The notes under the pieces were generated by a model that ran no database searches, was not told the origin of the DNA, and saw only the letters and a program-made list of their open reading frames with translations. From an uncultured Bacteroidia bacterium (GTDB taxonomy: Bacteria > Bacteroidota > Bacteroidia > NS11-12g > UBA9320): a DNA stretch of 57,888 bases. Shown here piece after piece: positions 29,176 through 39,182 of the stretch. Positions within the stretch are counted from its first letter, which is position 1. Every line of letters begins with the position of its first letter. The stretch is taken from contig CAWURO010000092.1 of the NCBI GenBank assembly GCA_963924815.1, positions 1 through 57,888 of the forward strand, read 5' to 3'. Position numbers and translations under genes: made by a program.

Positions 29176-30024
29176 CTAAGCCTCGTCTTTCTTTTTCTTT
29201 TTGGCATATTCCAGCACTGCGTCAGCAGTAGTATACCAGTTTCTGCCTTCTTTATAGGCGTCTATTAGTCCTCTCCGAGCCAAAAGACTCACATATTCTT
29301 GCCCGTAAGGTACTAAATGTTCTTCCACAATTGAGCTAATAGGTTTATAATCCTCCACATAGTTTTCTATGTTGCTCAGGTATATGTCCAAACTACGCTC
29401 AGCAGCTTGACACATCATCAGTAGTAATTTGCCGTATTCGCCATTATTAGCATCATTCAGTGCTGTGTAATACTTCTTACGGTCTGCAGTAAGAATGATA
29501 GCCGGAGGATAACCCATGCTCATTAGAAAAAGATTATACATCAATCTTATTGTTCGTCCGTTACCGTCAGAAAATGGATGTATCCAAACAAATTTATGGT
29601 GAAACAAAGTCGCTAATACCATAGGATGAAAACTAGCAATTTGTGCATTAAAGCCCAATAGTAACTCATCCATTAAGTCGGGTACTTTAAGCATATTGGA
29701 CGGTGTAAAGTTAGCACCCGATATGCGCACACCCATAGTTCTGTAGCGGCCCGCATATTCGGGCATTATGTTTTTTAGCAATAGGTAGTGGATGTCACAT
29801 ATAGTTGCAGTTGTAAAGGTGAAGTTGTCTGAGACTAAGTCTTCGACTCTATTTATGGCTTCTTTATGATTTACCACCTCAAAGTGCTCTCGCAGGGATT
29901 TACCTCCTACGGTGATACCATCTTCTATAACTATTCTAGTTTCGGCAAGTGTAAGAGTGTTTCCTTCTATACTATTCGAATTATAAGTCCATTCGATAGC
30001 AAGTTCATTTCTTAAGCGCGACAA
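29176..30024 (-). CDS. Fic family protein, core ORF; the N-terminus is apparently detached by a frameshift
   Basis: Fic motif HPFSDGNGRTIR and Fic_N-like IEWTYNSNSIEGNTLTLAET. The ORF opens only at a TTG, and conserved-looking in-frame codons continue upstream to a TAA inside an A8 tract. Confidence 0.85.
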   Translation of the reverse strand: MSRLRNELAIEWTYNSNSIEGNTLTLAETRIVIEDGITVGGKSLREHFEVVNHKEAINRVEDLVSDNFTFTTATICDIHYLLLKNIMPEYAGRYRTMGVRISGANFTPSNMLKVPDLMDELLLGFNAQIASFHPMVLATLFHHKFVWIHPFSDGNGRTIRLMYNLFLMSMGYPPAIILTADRKKYYTALNDANNGEYGKLLLMMCQAAERSLDIYLSNIENYVEDYKPISSIVEEHLVPYGQEYVSLLARRGLIDAYKEGRNWYTTADAVLEYAKKKKKDEA

Positions 30025-30134
30025 TCCGTCTGCTCGCAGCGGTCTGTATTGGTCCAGTTGTTTTTTTTAGTTGAAAGTCGGTCAAGATGCACTTGTACCT
30101 TTGTCAAGTCTTTTTTATGTATCTCCCATTTCAT
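30012..30134 (-). other. 40-codon ORF likely encoding the displaced N-terminus of the same Fic gene, in a different frame
   Basis: ATG at 30134 opens MKWEIHKKDLTKVQVHLDRLSTKK, which reaches the A8 tract. Downstream of the tract it reads nonsense (NNWTNTDRCEQTDCRA*). Confidence 0.55.
30061..30068 (-). repeat. A8 homopolymer (T8 on the + strand) at the Fic frame break; it includes a potential -1 slippery heptamer A_AAA_AAC
   Basis: Counted directly. It is consistent with the ORF track, which places the in-frame stop here. Confidence 0.7.
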
Positions 30135-30178
30135 TCCACAAATATATCGGATAACTTATAAATTAACACAATCCGATA

Positions 30179-31273
30179 TTATTTTTTACAAACTATGACC
30201 TCATATTTACCATTTTCGGCTACTTGCACTACTTCCGTAAATAACTTGGCCAGATGCGTAGCGTAATTAAGGTGTGTGTTGGCTACCACATAAAAGGAAC
30301 CATTTATATTAAGTGCGTCAGTTGCTTCGCTGAAAAGTTTAAGTGAAATCTCGATGGTGTTTTCATATTCAAAATGAAATGGAGGATTGCAAAAGATAAA
30401 ATCAAATTTCTCGTTTCGGCAGGCATTTACGGTATCAGACCAATGATAGGTTACGTCATCCTTACCTAAGTTCAGCTTTGCAGATGCAATCGCTAAAAAA
30501 TTATCGTCTAATACACTAATGAATGATCGTGGTGCTTTTTTTCTTGCGTAGGTTGCTATTATACCATTGCCACATGCCAAATCTAGGATTTTATGATCGT
30601 TTATAAACTCAGGCATATTATCCAATAAAAGACGAGTAGCTACATCCACCTTACCAGAAGAAAATACGCCAGCATATTGTTTAAGTGTCAGGCCTAAATC
30701 ATTCGTTACAGAATGAAACAAAGGAACTTTTACAGGTGATTTTTTCGGTGATTTGAGTATTAGAAGACGCGCTTTTCGCTCTGCTAGGGACTGCGATACA
30801 TCGTCAAAATAGAGTTCTGCTATTTCAATCCATTTAGCGGTAAAATTTCGGGTGAGAAAACCGCATAGTACAACACTATTAGTACTAGATACGGCATGCA
30901 GTTGTTGCAGGTACAGTTGAAAAAGGTCGGCAGATTTTGGAACCTTAACTAAAGCTAAGTTTACATTGTTAGCTTGTATTTTAAGGGGATTACTGTGGAT
31001 CACTTCTTTGGTATCTAATCCGTTGTTTTCAAGGTTTTTGCGCAACGCTTTTAGTTGAGATGCTTGATTGATAATGGAATGAGGCCGGTAAGCATTTAAT
31101 GCAACGGCCATGGCTCCAAAAGTATCATGGGCAATAACAATTGATTTTTTATCTAATCCTAGAGTTAAGGCCGTTTTTAGAAGTAACTCATCGGCAGCGC
31201 TCCAAGGTCTAAGAGATTTATTACCGGTCTTTGGAAAACGCTGTAAGTTTATGGTTTTGTGGTCGAATTGCAT
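30179..31273 (-). CDS. RsmC/RlmG-type rRNA (guanine-N2) methyltransferase
   Basis: 364 aa, two-domain layout. Motif I ILDLACGNG and catalytic FIFCNPPFH (NPPF). Confidence 0.8.
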   Translation of the reverse strand: MQFDHKTINLQRFPKTGNKSLRPWSAADELLLKTALTLGLDKKSIVIAHDTFGAMAVALNAYRPHSIINQASQLKALRKNLENNGLDTKEVIHSNPLKIQANNVNLALVKVPKSADLFQLYLQQLHAVSSTNSVVLCGFLTRNFTAKWIEIAELYFDDVSQSLAERKARLLILKSPKKSPVKVPLFHSVTNDLGLTLKQYAGVFSSGKVDVATRLLLDNMPEFINDHKILDLACGNGIIATYARKKAPRSFISVLDDNFLAIASAKLNLGKDDVTYHWSDTVNACRNEKFDFIFCNPPFHFEYENTIEISLKLFSEATDALNINGSFYVVANTHLNYATHLAKLFTEVVQVAENGKYEVIVCKK

Positions 31274-31401
31274 TCAAGTTATTAATGGGCTCAAAGGTAG
31301 GCGTATTTCTTCATGTAGAAACTTGATTCTAAAGCGAGTTCGTACAAAGAGAGCAGAGGTGTTTAACGGCAATAAATAAAATCTATGTTCGTTTATCAAT
31401 T

Positions 31402-32328
31402 ATGAAAAAGCTGGGATATTTCTTACTGCTCTTACCTTTCCTATTTGCCTTCGGAAAAAATCAAAAACCACAACATTCTAAGTATCTTACCAAGCACTAT
31501 GTGAAGGTGCCGGCAGGTAAGGTGTACATGAATTCACAAGGAGATAATCGCCTATTGACTAAAGCCAAAGAATTAGGTTTAGATTCTACAGCTAAAAGAG
31601 CATATATAAGAGGCCTAGATTCTTGTTCAGAATTTTATGTGGCTAGCACAGAAGTTACCAACATCCAATGGAAAGAGTTCTTAATGTATTTAAAACAAGA
31701 AGGAAGAATGGAGGAGTACAGAGATAACATTCTTGATACAACCGTTTGGCGGCATCTGTTGGCCTATAATGAACCATTTGTAGATTACTACTACCAACAT
31801 AAAGCATATTCAGAATATCCCGCAGTAGGAATGACCTTAAAACAGGCAAAGGCCTATGCTAATTGGTTGACAGAGATTTACGCATTAAAAAACCAAGAGG
31901 TTAAGATTACCTTTTCCGTTCCAACCAAGAAACAATGGATACGGGCGGCTAGGGGAGAAAATATCTCTTTGTATCCATGGGGAGGGCCTTATCTGCGAAA
32001 TTCGAAAGGTGCTTATTTAACTAACTTTAAAAATTATGACGCTGCTAATATTCATTACAATACTGAAATAAATAAATATGAAGTGATCTCTATGAGTCAA
32101 TTTATGGATGGTGCCATCATAACAGCACCAGCAGAATCATACTATCCAAACAAATTTGGAATTTATAATATGTCTGGCAACGTCGCCGAGCTAGTATCTG
32201 ATGATACAGTAGCAATGGGTGGTAGTTGGAATGATACAGGTTACGATGTTCGAGTAGAAAGTGAGCAGCCTGCTACCCAGCCTAAAAGTACTATTGGATT
32301 TAGGATGGTGGTAACAATTGAAGAATAA
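31402..32328 (+). CDS. Formylglycine-generating enzyme (SUMF1/FGE-sulfatase) family protein, secreted
   Basis: Signal peptide, then YPAVGMTLKQAKAYANWL, FGIYNMSGNVAELV, GGSWND, GFRMV. Confidence 0.8.
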   Translation: MKKLGYFLLLLPFLFAFGKNQKPQHSKYLTKHYVKVPAGKVYMNSQGDNRLLTKAKELGLDSTAKRAYIRGLDSCSEFYVASTEVTNIQWKEFLMYLKQEGRMEEYRDNILDTTVWRHLLAYNEPFVDYYYQHKAYSEYPAVGMTLKQAKAYANWLTEIYALKNQEVKITFSVPTKKQWIRAARGENISLYPWGGPYLRNSKGAYLTNFKNYDAANIHYNTEINKYEVISMSQFMDGAIITAPAESYYPNKFGIYNMSGNVAELVSDDTVAMGGSWNDTGYDVRVESEQPATQPKSTIGFRMVVTIEE

Positions 32329-32438
32329 AGATTTAATCCCCTCTATCAGATTGTCGGTTTTGTCTGAATCTTTGATGTAGCTAACAAAACCGGTGTGTGT
32401 GTGACAGCAACAAACAGAACCACGAAAACCAATTTGTT

Positions 32439-33107
32439 CTAGAATGATACGTTCAGTGAAAAAATATTTATTCCTCTGAATTTCAGCTCATTGCTTTTGT
32501 CTTTATTCCACTCAACTCTGGTATTATTATCATAGCCTTTCCCAGTGGTTTGAAGCTTACTTAGCGCTAATGAAGGTTCTACCGCAAGTGAAAGTTTCTC
32601 CGTAAAATGATATTCGAGCCCAAACCCAATACGCAATCCCAAACTTTGAATTTCTTGCTGGTAATTATAAGAAGAAAAGCCCCAACCACTTACATAGTCT
32701 CTAGTTTCGTATTTGAATTGATAAAACAAATCGGTGTAACCGTATCCTCCAAATTTTCCAAAAGATCTTCCTGTTTCTGCCCCTAAACTTACTCCTGAAG
32801 TAACTGCAGTATGCGTAAAAGTGCTACAGTCATTGCATTCGTCTCTGTAATCAGGAAAAGAACTGGCATTTATTTCAGCGGTTGCTATTCCTCGTAGCTT
32901 TAACGCTTCATTTATTTTTCGTTTGTAAATAACACTGTTTATGGGGTTAATATAGCCTCCAAGTCCAAGATCATAGAGGTAATCACCTGGGCCGTATGCT
33001 TGTAACGAAAATAAACTAACGCCTAATTCATTTTTATTTTCTTGTGCTTTTACCAGAAAAGGAACGAATAGGAATGCTACGAAAAACAGTATGCTATTTA
33101 CTTTCAT
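32439..33107 (-). CDS. Small outer membrane beta-barrel protein (hypothetical)
   Basis: Signal peptide MKVNSILFFVAFLFVPFLVKAQ, alternating beta-strand pattern, C-terminal ...FSLNVSF. I chose ATG 33107. Confidence 0.65.
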   Translation of the reverse strand: MKVNSILFFVAFLFVPFLVKAQENKNELGVSLFSLQAYGPGDYLYDLGLGGYINPINSVIYKRKINEALKLRGIATAEINASSFPDYRDECNDCSTFTHTAVTSGVSLGAETGRSFGKFGGYGYTDLFYQFKYETRDYVSGWGFSSYNYQQEIQSLGLRIGFGLEYHFTEKLSLAVEPSLALSKLQTTGKGYDNNTRVEWNKDKSNELKFRGINIFSLNVSF

Positions 33108-33138
33108 GTATGCATATATAAACAAATAAAACTATATT

Positions 33139-34893
33139 TTATTGCCTTGTAGAATCACAGTAGACGCGAATTAGAAGTCCAATACTATGGGCATCCAATC
33201 CATACATAGCTCTAAGCTCATCGATCTCTCCGTGCTCTACAAATACATCTGGTAAGCCGAGTGAGGTAATTGTTCCTTTGTAAAGACTGTCCTGAGCCAA
33301 TGCTTTTACCTGCTGCCCAAATCCACCTAGAAGGCATGATTCTTCAATCGTGATTATCTTGTCAAAGGAGCGAAACAACTGTCCAACTTTTTGCAAGTCA
33401 ATCGGCTTCATAAAACGAGCATCCACGTGAGTTACATTAGGTGCTAAATCGTTTGTGTGGATTGCCTTTTGAACTTCTGTGCCTATTTCCCCTATGGATA
33501 TAATAGCTAGTTTATTGCCTGAAGTCAATGTGCGTGATGTACCCAATTGAAAGGGTTGTATTTCGTTTTGATAATCAATAAAACTCCCGTTACCTCTTGG
33601 ATAACGAATTACCACAGGTCCCTTCGTATAATCAAGGGCCCAATACATCATATTGCGCAGCTCGTGTTCATCCATTGGCGAGAGTATGATAATATTTGGA
33701 ATTGCATTTAAAAATGCCAAATCAAATGTGCCATGATGTGTTGGTCCGTCAGCGCCCACGATTCCCGCTCTATCTAAGCAAAAAATGACAGGAATTTTCT
33801 GTAAGGCTACGTCGTGTATTATTTGGTCGTACGCACGTTGAGCAAAGGACGAGTAAATATTACAAAATGGCCGTTTGCCTTGTAAAGCCAAACCGGCTGC
33901 AAAAGTGACGGCGTGCTGCTCTGCGATTCCAACATCAAAAACTCTGTGGGGCATAGCTTCCATCATTATTTTCATAGAACTGCCACTCGGCATTGCAGGA
34001 GTTATCCCTACCACACGATCATCTAGCTTAGCGAGCTCGAGTAACGTATGCCCAAAGACATCTTGAAACTTAAATGGTTTAGTCTCATTGGCAGCAGGTT
34101 GAAGCGGATTTATTTTTACGTAATTTACACTATGCCAATCCGTTTGGGCTTTTTCTGCGGCCTCATAACCTTTGCCTTTTATGGTTTTGATATGTAATAC
34201 ATTCGGTGTTTTATTTTCTCTTTGTTGTTCCAAAAAATCAACCAAGGCCACCACATCATGTCCGTCAAGTGGCCCACTATAAGGTAATCCGAGATTTTGA
34301 AAAAGATTTTGTTGGCTAAATTCTATTTTGGCCAAATGCGTGTTAATAGCTCCTAGATTGGGATCAATTCCCATTTGGTTGTCATTAATAATGACTAAAA
34401 CATTGGCTTTGCTCACGCCAAGATTATTTAGAGCTTCAAAGGCCATCCCTCCTGTAAGAGAGCCGTCTCCAATAACGGCGATGTGCTTTGTAGGCTCGCC
34501 ATCTAAAAGGGAGGCTTCGGCCATTCCCATGATAGCAGAGATAGATGTGGATGAATGTCCTGTACCAAAATGATCAAATATACTTTCATCTATCTTGGGG
34601 AAACCACTAAGTCCATGGTGTTTTCGGATACTATCAAATTCGCCTTTACGGCCCGTAAGCAGTTTATGGATGTAGGCTTGGTGACCTACGTCCCAAACTA
34701 ATTTGTCTGCAGAGAAGTCATATACATAGTGCAAAGCAACGGTTAGTTCAACTACGCCTAAGTTAGCACTAAAGTGGCCTCCGTTTTTTAAAATCTTCTC
34801 AATAAAAAAAGCGCGAATTTCTGAACAAAGTACTGTTAATTGATTCTTGCTGAGCTTTCTAAGGTCAGAAGGAAAGGTTATGGAATCTAACAA
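33139..34893 (-). CDS. dxs: 1-deoxy-D-xylulose-5-phosphate synthase
   Basis: 584 aa. GGHFSANLGVVELTVALHY, WDVGHQAY and the TPP motif GDGSLTGGMAFEALNN. TTG start. Confidence 0.95.
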   Translation of the reverse strand: MLDSITFPSDLRKLSKNQLTVLCSEIRAFFIEKILKNGGHFSANLGVVELTVALHYVYDFSADKLVWDVGHQAYIHKLLTGRKGEFDSIRKHHGLSGFPKIDESIFDHFGTGHSSTSISAIMGMAEASLLDGEPTKHIAVIGDGSLTGGMAFEALNNLGVSKANVLVIINDNQMGIDPNLGAINTHLAKIEFSQQNLFQNLGLPYSGPLDGHDVVALVDFLEQQRENKTPNVLHIKTIKGKGYEAAEKAQTDWHSVNYVKINPLQPAANETKPFKFQDVFGHTLLELAKLDDRVVGITPAMPSGSSMKIMMEAMPHRVFDVGIAEQHAVTFAAGLALQGKRPFCNIYSSFAQRAYDQIIHDVALQKIPVIFCLDRAGIVGADGPTHHGTFDLAFLNAIPNIIILSPMDEHELRNMMYWALDYTKGPVVIRYPRGNGSFIDYQNEIQPFQLGTSRTLTSGNKLAIISIGEIGTEVQKAIHTNDLAPNVTHVDARFMKPIDLQKVGQLFRSFDKIITIEESCLLGGFGQQVKALAQDSLYKGTITSLGLPDVFVEHGEIDELRAMYGLDAHSIGLLIRVYCDSTRQ

Positions 34894-35014
34894 TTTCAGA
34901 ATGCAAAGATGCGGATTTAAACCAAAAATTAAGTTTACTATAATACCTATTTATATATTGTTCTATTTTTCTCAACATTCCATTCAATTACAATGAAGGC
35001 TTAGAATGTGCGTT

Positions 35015-35022
35015 TACCTTTG
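35015..35022 (+). promoter_or_regulatory. -7 promoter box TACCTTTG, 20 nt upstream of the purL ATG
   Basis: Exact TAnnTTTG. Confidence 0.45.
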
Positions 35023-35042
35023 CCCTTCATTTATCTGCACGC

Positions 35043-38000
35043 ATGAATCAAAGAATTTTCGTAGAAAAGAAATCCGCGTTTGATGTCGAGTCTCAAAAAG
35101 TACTTGCCGAACTTCAAGAATTTACATCGCTAACTCGTCTTAAGCTTTACGTTATTTATGACGTGTTCGGTGCAGAGCAAGAGTCTTGGGAAAAACTACA
35201 AACGGTGTTATTGGATGCAGTGGCAGATACGGTGCATACATCTAATCCTGCAGCAGAAGAGAGCTCCTGGTTTGCCATGGAATACTTGCCGGGACAATAT
35301 GACCAGCGCGCAGACTCTGCTGAGCAAGCAATACAATTGGTAGTAGGTTATAAACCTTCTATTCGTACGGGTAAACTTTTTGTGTTTAATAAGGTGGATG
35401 ATTCCGAGCTATCTAAGGTGAAAGATTACCTTATTAATCATGTAGACTCACAAGAAAAAGATTTGCTGCTCATCGAAAAACCAAGTGTACCTCTGCCAAC
35501 AGAAGTGCTAACTATTCATGGGTTTACCGAACTAAACGAAGTTTCTCTTCTTCAATTTCATAAAGAATGGAGTTTTTCGTTTGACCTAGATGATTTAAAA
35601 TTTATTCAAGACTATTTTATTCAAGAAAACAGAAATCCAACCGAAACTGAACTTAAAGTTTTGGATACCTACTGGAGCGACCATTGCCGTCACACTACCT
35701 TTTTAACCGAATTAAAAGACATCCAATTCCAGGGAAATTTTGCACAAAAGTTAGAAGAAGTTTTTGAACGCTACTTAGCCTTACGAAAAGAGCTAGGAAG
35801 AGAGCATAAGCCTATTTCACTTATGGATATAGGAACCATAGCAGCTAAATATCTTAGAGCTAATGGTAAACTGGATGATCTAGTAATTACGGATGAGATA
35901 AATGCGTGTACCATAGAAATAGAGGTAGATGTAGAAGGAGAAAAACAAGATTGGTATCTGCTTTTCAAAAACGAAACGCATAATCACCCAACGGAGATAG
36001 AACCATTTGGTGGTGCATCTACGTGTGTAGGCGGTGCTATTCGTGATCCATTGAGCGGCAGAGCTTTTGTTTACCAAGCAATGCGGGTTACCGGAGCAGC
36101 TAATCCTTTGGAACGTATTGAAGACACCTTAGAAGGAAAATTACCTCAAAAGAAAATCACCAAATCTGCAGCTAAAGGGTATTCATCCTACGGAAATCAA
36201 ATAGGACTAGCCACTTCTCAAGTAGCAGAGATATACGACCCAGGATACAAAGCTAAACGTATGGAAGTGGGCTATGTAGCGGGTGCAGTTCCCAAAAATT
36301 GGGTGCGAAGAGAAGCTCCACTGCCAGGAGATAGAGTAATTATGGTTGGAGGTAAAACCGGCAGAGATGGTGTAGGTGGAGCATCTGGGTCTAGTAAGGT
36401 ACAAGATGAGACTTCTATCAATACCCTAAGTGCTGAAGTGCAAAAAGGTGATGCAGTAGAAGAAAGAAAAATACAAAGACTATTTCGTAAGCCCGAAGTA
36501 ACACGCCTGATCAAAAAATGTAATGATTTTGGAGCAGGTGGAGTTTCGGTAGCGATAGGGGAGATAGCAGACAGTCTACACATAAATTTAGACAAACTTC
36601 CTACGAAATACGCTGGACTAAATGGAACCGAGTTAGCCATATCAGAATCGCAAGAACGTATGGCGGTGGTTGTTGAGGCTAAAGATGTAGCGGCATTTAT
36701 TGAGCATGCTTCTCAAGAAAATTTATTAGCAGTTGAAGTAGCAGAAGTGACCGATAGCGGTAGAATGCAAATCTTCTGGAGAGGAGAGATGATCGTAGAC
36801 CTAGATCGCGAATTCTTAGATACCGCAGGTACTCACAAAACGATGCATGCTAAGGCAGTAAGCAATAGCTATGTAGAAACACAAGCAATCACTCCACTCA
36901 CCAATGATCAATTCAAAAAAGAGCTTTCGCAGCTGAATGTAGCTTCGCAAAAAGGACTGATAGAAAATTTTGACTCACACGTAGGACGTACTACAGTGCT
37001 CATGCCTCTCGGCGGTAAGTATCTAAAAACGCCTTCACTTGCGAGTGTGAATACGATACCTGTACTCAATAAATCTACCACAACAGTGGCTATTTCTACT
37101 TGGGGTTTCTCAGTAGATTTGGCAAATAAAAATCCATTTTTAATGGGAGGTTATGCAGTAGTAGAGTCATTAGCGAAACTAGTAGCTAGCGGTGGAAATC
37201 ATAAAAACGCAAGATTAAGTTTTCAGGAGTATTTTGAAAAGCTGGGTGCAGACGCAGTAAAATGGGGCAAACCATTACAAGCTTTATTGGGCGCACTTGA
37301 AGCTCAACTAGAATTTGAAACTGCGGCTATCGGCGGTAAAGACTCTATGAGCGGTTCATTTGAAAATCTACATGTGCCGCCTACACTTATTTCGTTTGCC
37401 TGTGCGGTGGGTGAGCTTAAAAATATTATTTCACCTGAAATAAAATCGGAAGGAAGTTACGTGTACTTAGCTGAGCATGTGCCTAATGCTAATGGTGGTG
37501 CCAATTACACTCAATTAAATGCAATGTATACGGACATTCATCAGCGCATTGTAAAAGGCGATATTATCTCAGCACAAACCGTCAAAGACGGTGGTCTTGC
37601 CGCTGCACTATTTAAAATGGCAGTAGGTAATGGCATAGGCGCAGTAATACAATATCATAGCGATTGCTTTATACCGCTTTTGGGTAGTTTGATTTTAGAA
37701 TCAAAAGTAGAATTAGCAGAATATACCCTACTAGGTAAAACGGGTGGTAATCACTTAAGCATGAATGACATTCATTTTGATATAGCGGAGCTGAGTATGG
37801 CATGGGAGCAAACCTTAGAGCCTATTTTTCCTGCAAAATCAAAAAATGTACAAGCTACAGAAGTAGCAAAGGCACTCTCAGCAACGACATCTATTAGTAA
37901 GCCTAATACGGTGCAAACACCACGTGTTTTTATTCCCATTTTTCCGGGGACTAACTGTGAGTATGAGACAGAGCATGTATTTGTAGATGCAGGAGCAGAA

Positions 38001-38708
38001 GTGCATACGGCATTATTTAGAAATTACAATGAGAAGGCAATTCAAGAGTCTATTGCTACATTTATAAGTGAAATAAGCGCAGCTCAAATCATGATGATAC
38101 CAGGTGGATTCTCTGCTGGAGATGAGCCAGATGGATCTGCTAAATATATTGTATCTGTACTTAAAAATTCCGAAATAAAGGAGGCTGTTCATGCATTGCT
38201 TAAACGTGGTGGACTTATACTAGGTATTTGCAACGGTTTTCAAGCGCTAGTAAAATCGGGATTACTTCCTTACGGACAAATACGCGATTTAGATGATAGC
38301 TCTGCTACTATGACGTTTAATACTATTGGAAGACATATTAGCCAAACTGCTCATGTGCAAGTAAAGTCGGATAAGAGCCCTTGGCTCAAGGGCATGAAGA
38401 ACAAGAAATTTATTGTACCTTTTTCTCACGGAGAAGGACGATTTTATGCTTCGGATACCATGGTTAAAGAATTGGCGGATAATGGCCAAATCACTACACA
38501 ATATATTGATTTTGAAGGAAATATAGCACTCGATATGCCGTATAATCCAAACGGATCTGTACACGGAATAGAAGGCATCACAGACGCTACAGGACAGATC
38601 TACGGTAGAATGGGACATCCTGAACGTTTCCGTGTAGGTCTAATGAAAAATATCCCTGAAATGGAGTTTATGGATATTTTCAAGAATGGTGTGGAGTGGT
38701 TTAAGTAG
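35043..38708 (+). CDS. purL: Phosphoribosylformylglycinamidine synthase (single-chain, large PurL)
   Basis: 1221 aa. ETHNHPTEIEPFGGA, and a C-terminal glutaminase domain with GICNGFQAL and HPERF. Confidence 0.96.
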   Translation: MNQRIFVEKKSAFDVESQKVLAELQEFTSLTRLKLYVIYDVFGAEQESWEKLQTVLLDAVADTVHTSNPAAEESSWFAMEYLPGQYDQRADSAEQAIQLVVGYKPSIRTGKLFVFNKVDDSELSKVKDYLINHVDSQEKDLLLIEKPSVPLPTEVLTIHGFTELNEVSLLQFHKEWSFSFDLDDLKFIQDYFIQENRNPTETELKVLDTYWSDHCRHTTFLTELKDIQFQGNFAQKLEEVFERYLALRKELGREHKPISLMDIGTIAAKYLRANGKLDDLVITDEINACTIEIEVDVEGEKQDWYLLFKNETHNHPTEIEPFGGASTCVGGAIRDPLSGRAFVYQAMRVTGAANPLERIEDTLEGKLPQKKITKSAAKGYSSYGNQIGLATSQVAEIYDPGYKAKRMEVGYVAGAVPKNWVRREAPLPGDRVIMVGGKTGRDGVGGASGSSKVQDETSINTLSAEVQKGDAVEERKIQRLFRKPEVTRLIKKCNDFGAGGVSVAIGEIADSLHINLDKLPTKYAGLNGTELAISESQERMAVVVEAKDVAAFIEHASQENLLAVEVAEVTDSGRMQIFWRGEMIVDLDREFLDTAGTHKTMHAKAVSNSYVETQAITPLTNDQFKKELSQLNVASQKGLIENFDSHVGRTTVLMPLGGKYLKTPSLASVNTIPVLNKSTTTVAISTWGFSVDLANKNPFLMGGYAVVESLAKLVASGGNHKNARLSFQEYFEKLGADAVKWGKPLQALLGALEAQLEFETAAIGGKDSMSGSFENLHVPPTLISFACAVGELKNIISPEIKSEGSYVYLAEHVPNANGGANYTQLNAMYTDIHQRIVKGDIISAQTVKDGGLAAALFKMAVGNGIGAVIQYHSDCFIPLLGSLILESKVELAEYTLLGKTGGNHLSMNDIHFDIAELSMAWEQTLEPIFPAKSKNVQATEVAKALSATTSISKPNTVQTPRVFIPIFPGTNCEYETEHVFVDAGAEVHTALFRNYNEKAIQESIATFISEISAAQIMMIPGGFSAGDEPDGSAKYIVSVLKNSEIKEAVHALLKRGGLILGICNGFQALVKSGLLPYGQIRDLDDSSATMTFNTIGRHISQTAHVQVKSDKSPWLKGMKNKKFIVPFSHGEGRFYASDTMVKELADNGQITTQYIDFEGNIALDMPYNPNGSVHGIEGITDATGQIYGRMGHPERFRVGLMKNIPEMEFMDIFKNGVEWFK

Positions 38709-38734
38709 AATAGATGTCATAACCGCTACTTCAT

Positions 38735-39181
38735 TTATAGCTCAAGAACACCAATATTTTTCTCCATCACAACGTGGTTTATCCCTACTTCTTGAAAAAC
38801 GTCTGAAGTGATTTGGTATCCTAGCTTTTCATAAAAACCTATTGCATTATGCCGAGCGTGAAGGATGATGCTCTTCATTCCATGTTCACTTGCAAATAGC
38901 TCAAGTGAACTTACCAGAAGTTTGCCATACCCTTGGCCTCTAACTTCTTCTGAGGTAGCCATTTGGCGAAGTTTACCCATACCACTTTTGTAGTGAGACA
39001 CCAAGACCACCACACCAAGTACTTGAGCTTTTTCCAAAGCCACAAAATGAATTTGATTGATCTCATCATTAAGATCTTCGTCAAATAAATTTTGACCAAG
39101 TGGTTCTCGGAGCACTTGGTTGCGAAGTTTTTGAGACTTTAAATAGAACTCCGATGTGAAGTCAATACATGCTATACTCAT
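38735..39181 (-). CDS. GNAT family N-acetyltransferase
   Basis: 148 aa. Acetyl-CoA motif VRGQGYGKLLV and FYEKLGY. Confidence 0.85.
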   Translation of the reverse strand: MSIACIDFTSEFYLKSQKLRNQVLREPLGQNLFDEDLNDEINQIHFVALEKAQVLGVVVLVSHYKSGMGKLRQMATSEEVRGQGYGKLLVSSLELFASEHGMKSIILHARHNAIGFYEKLGYQITSDVFQEVGINHVVMEKNIGVLEL

Positions 39182-39182
39182 T

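Noticed and set aside
32355-32403. A stem-loop CGGTTTTGT-n20-ACAAAACCG followed by a (GT)5 microsatellite, between the convergent FGE-like and beta-barrel genes.
   Set aside because: The loop is long and no T tract follows, so at best this is a weak terminator. The GT repeat is too short (11 nt) to be meaningful.
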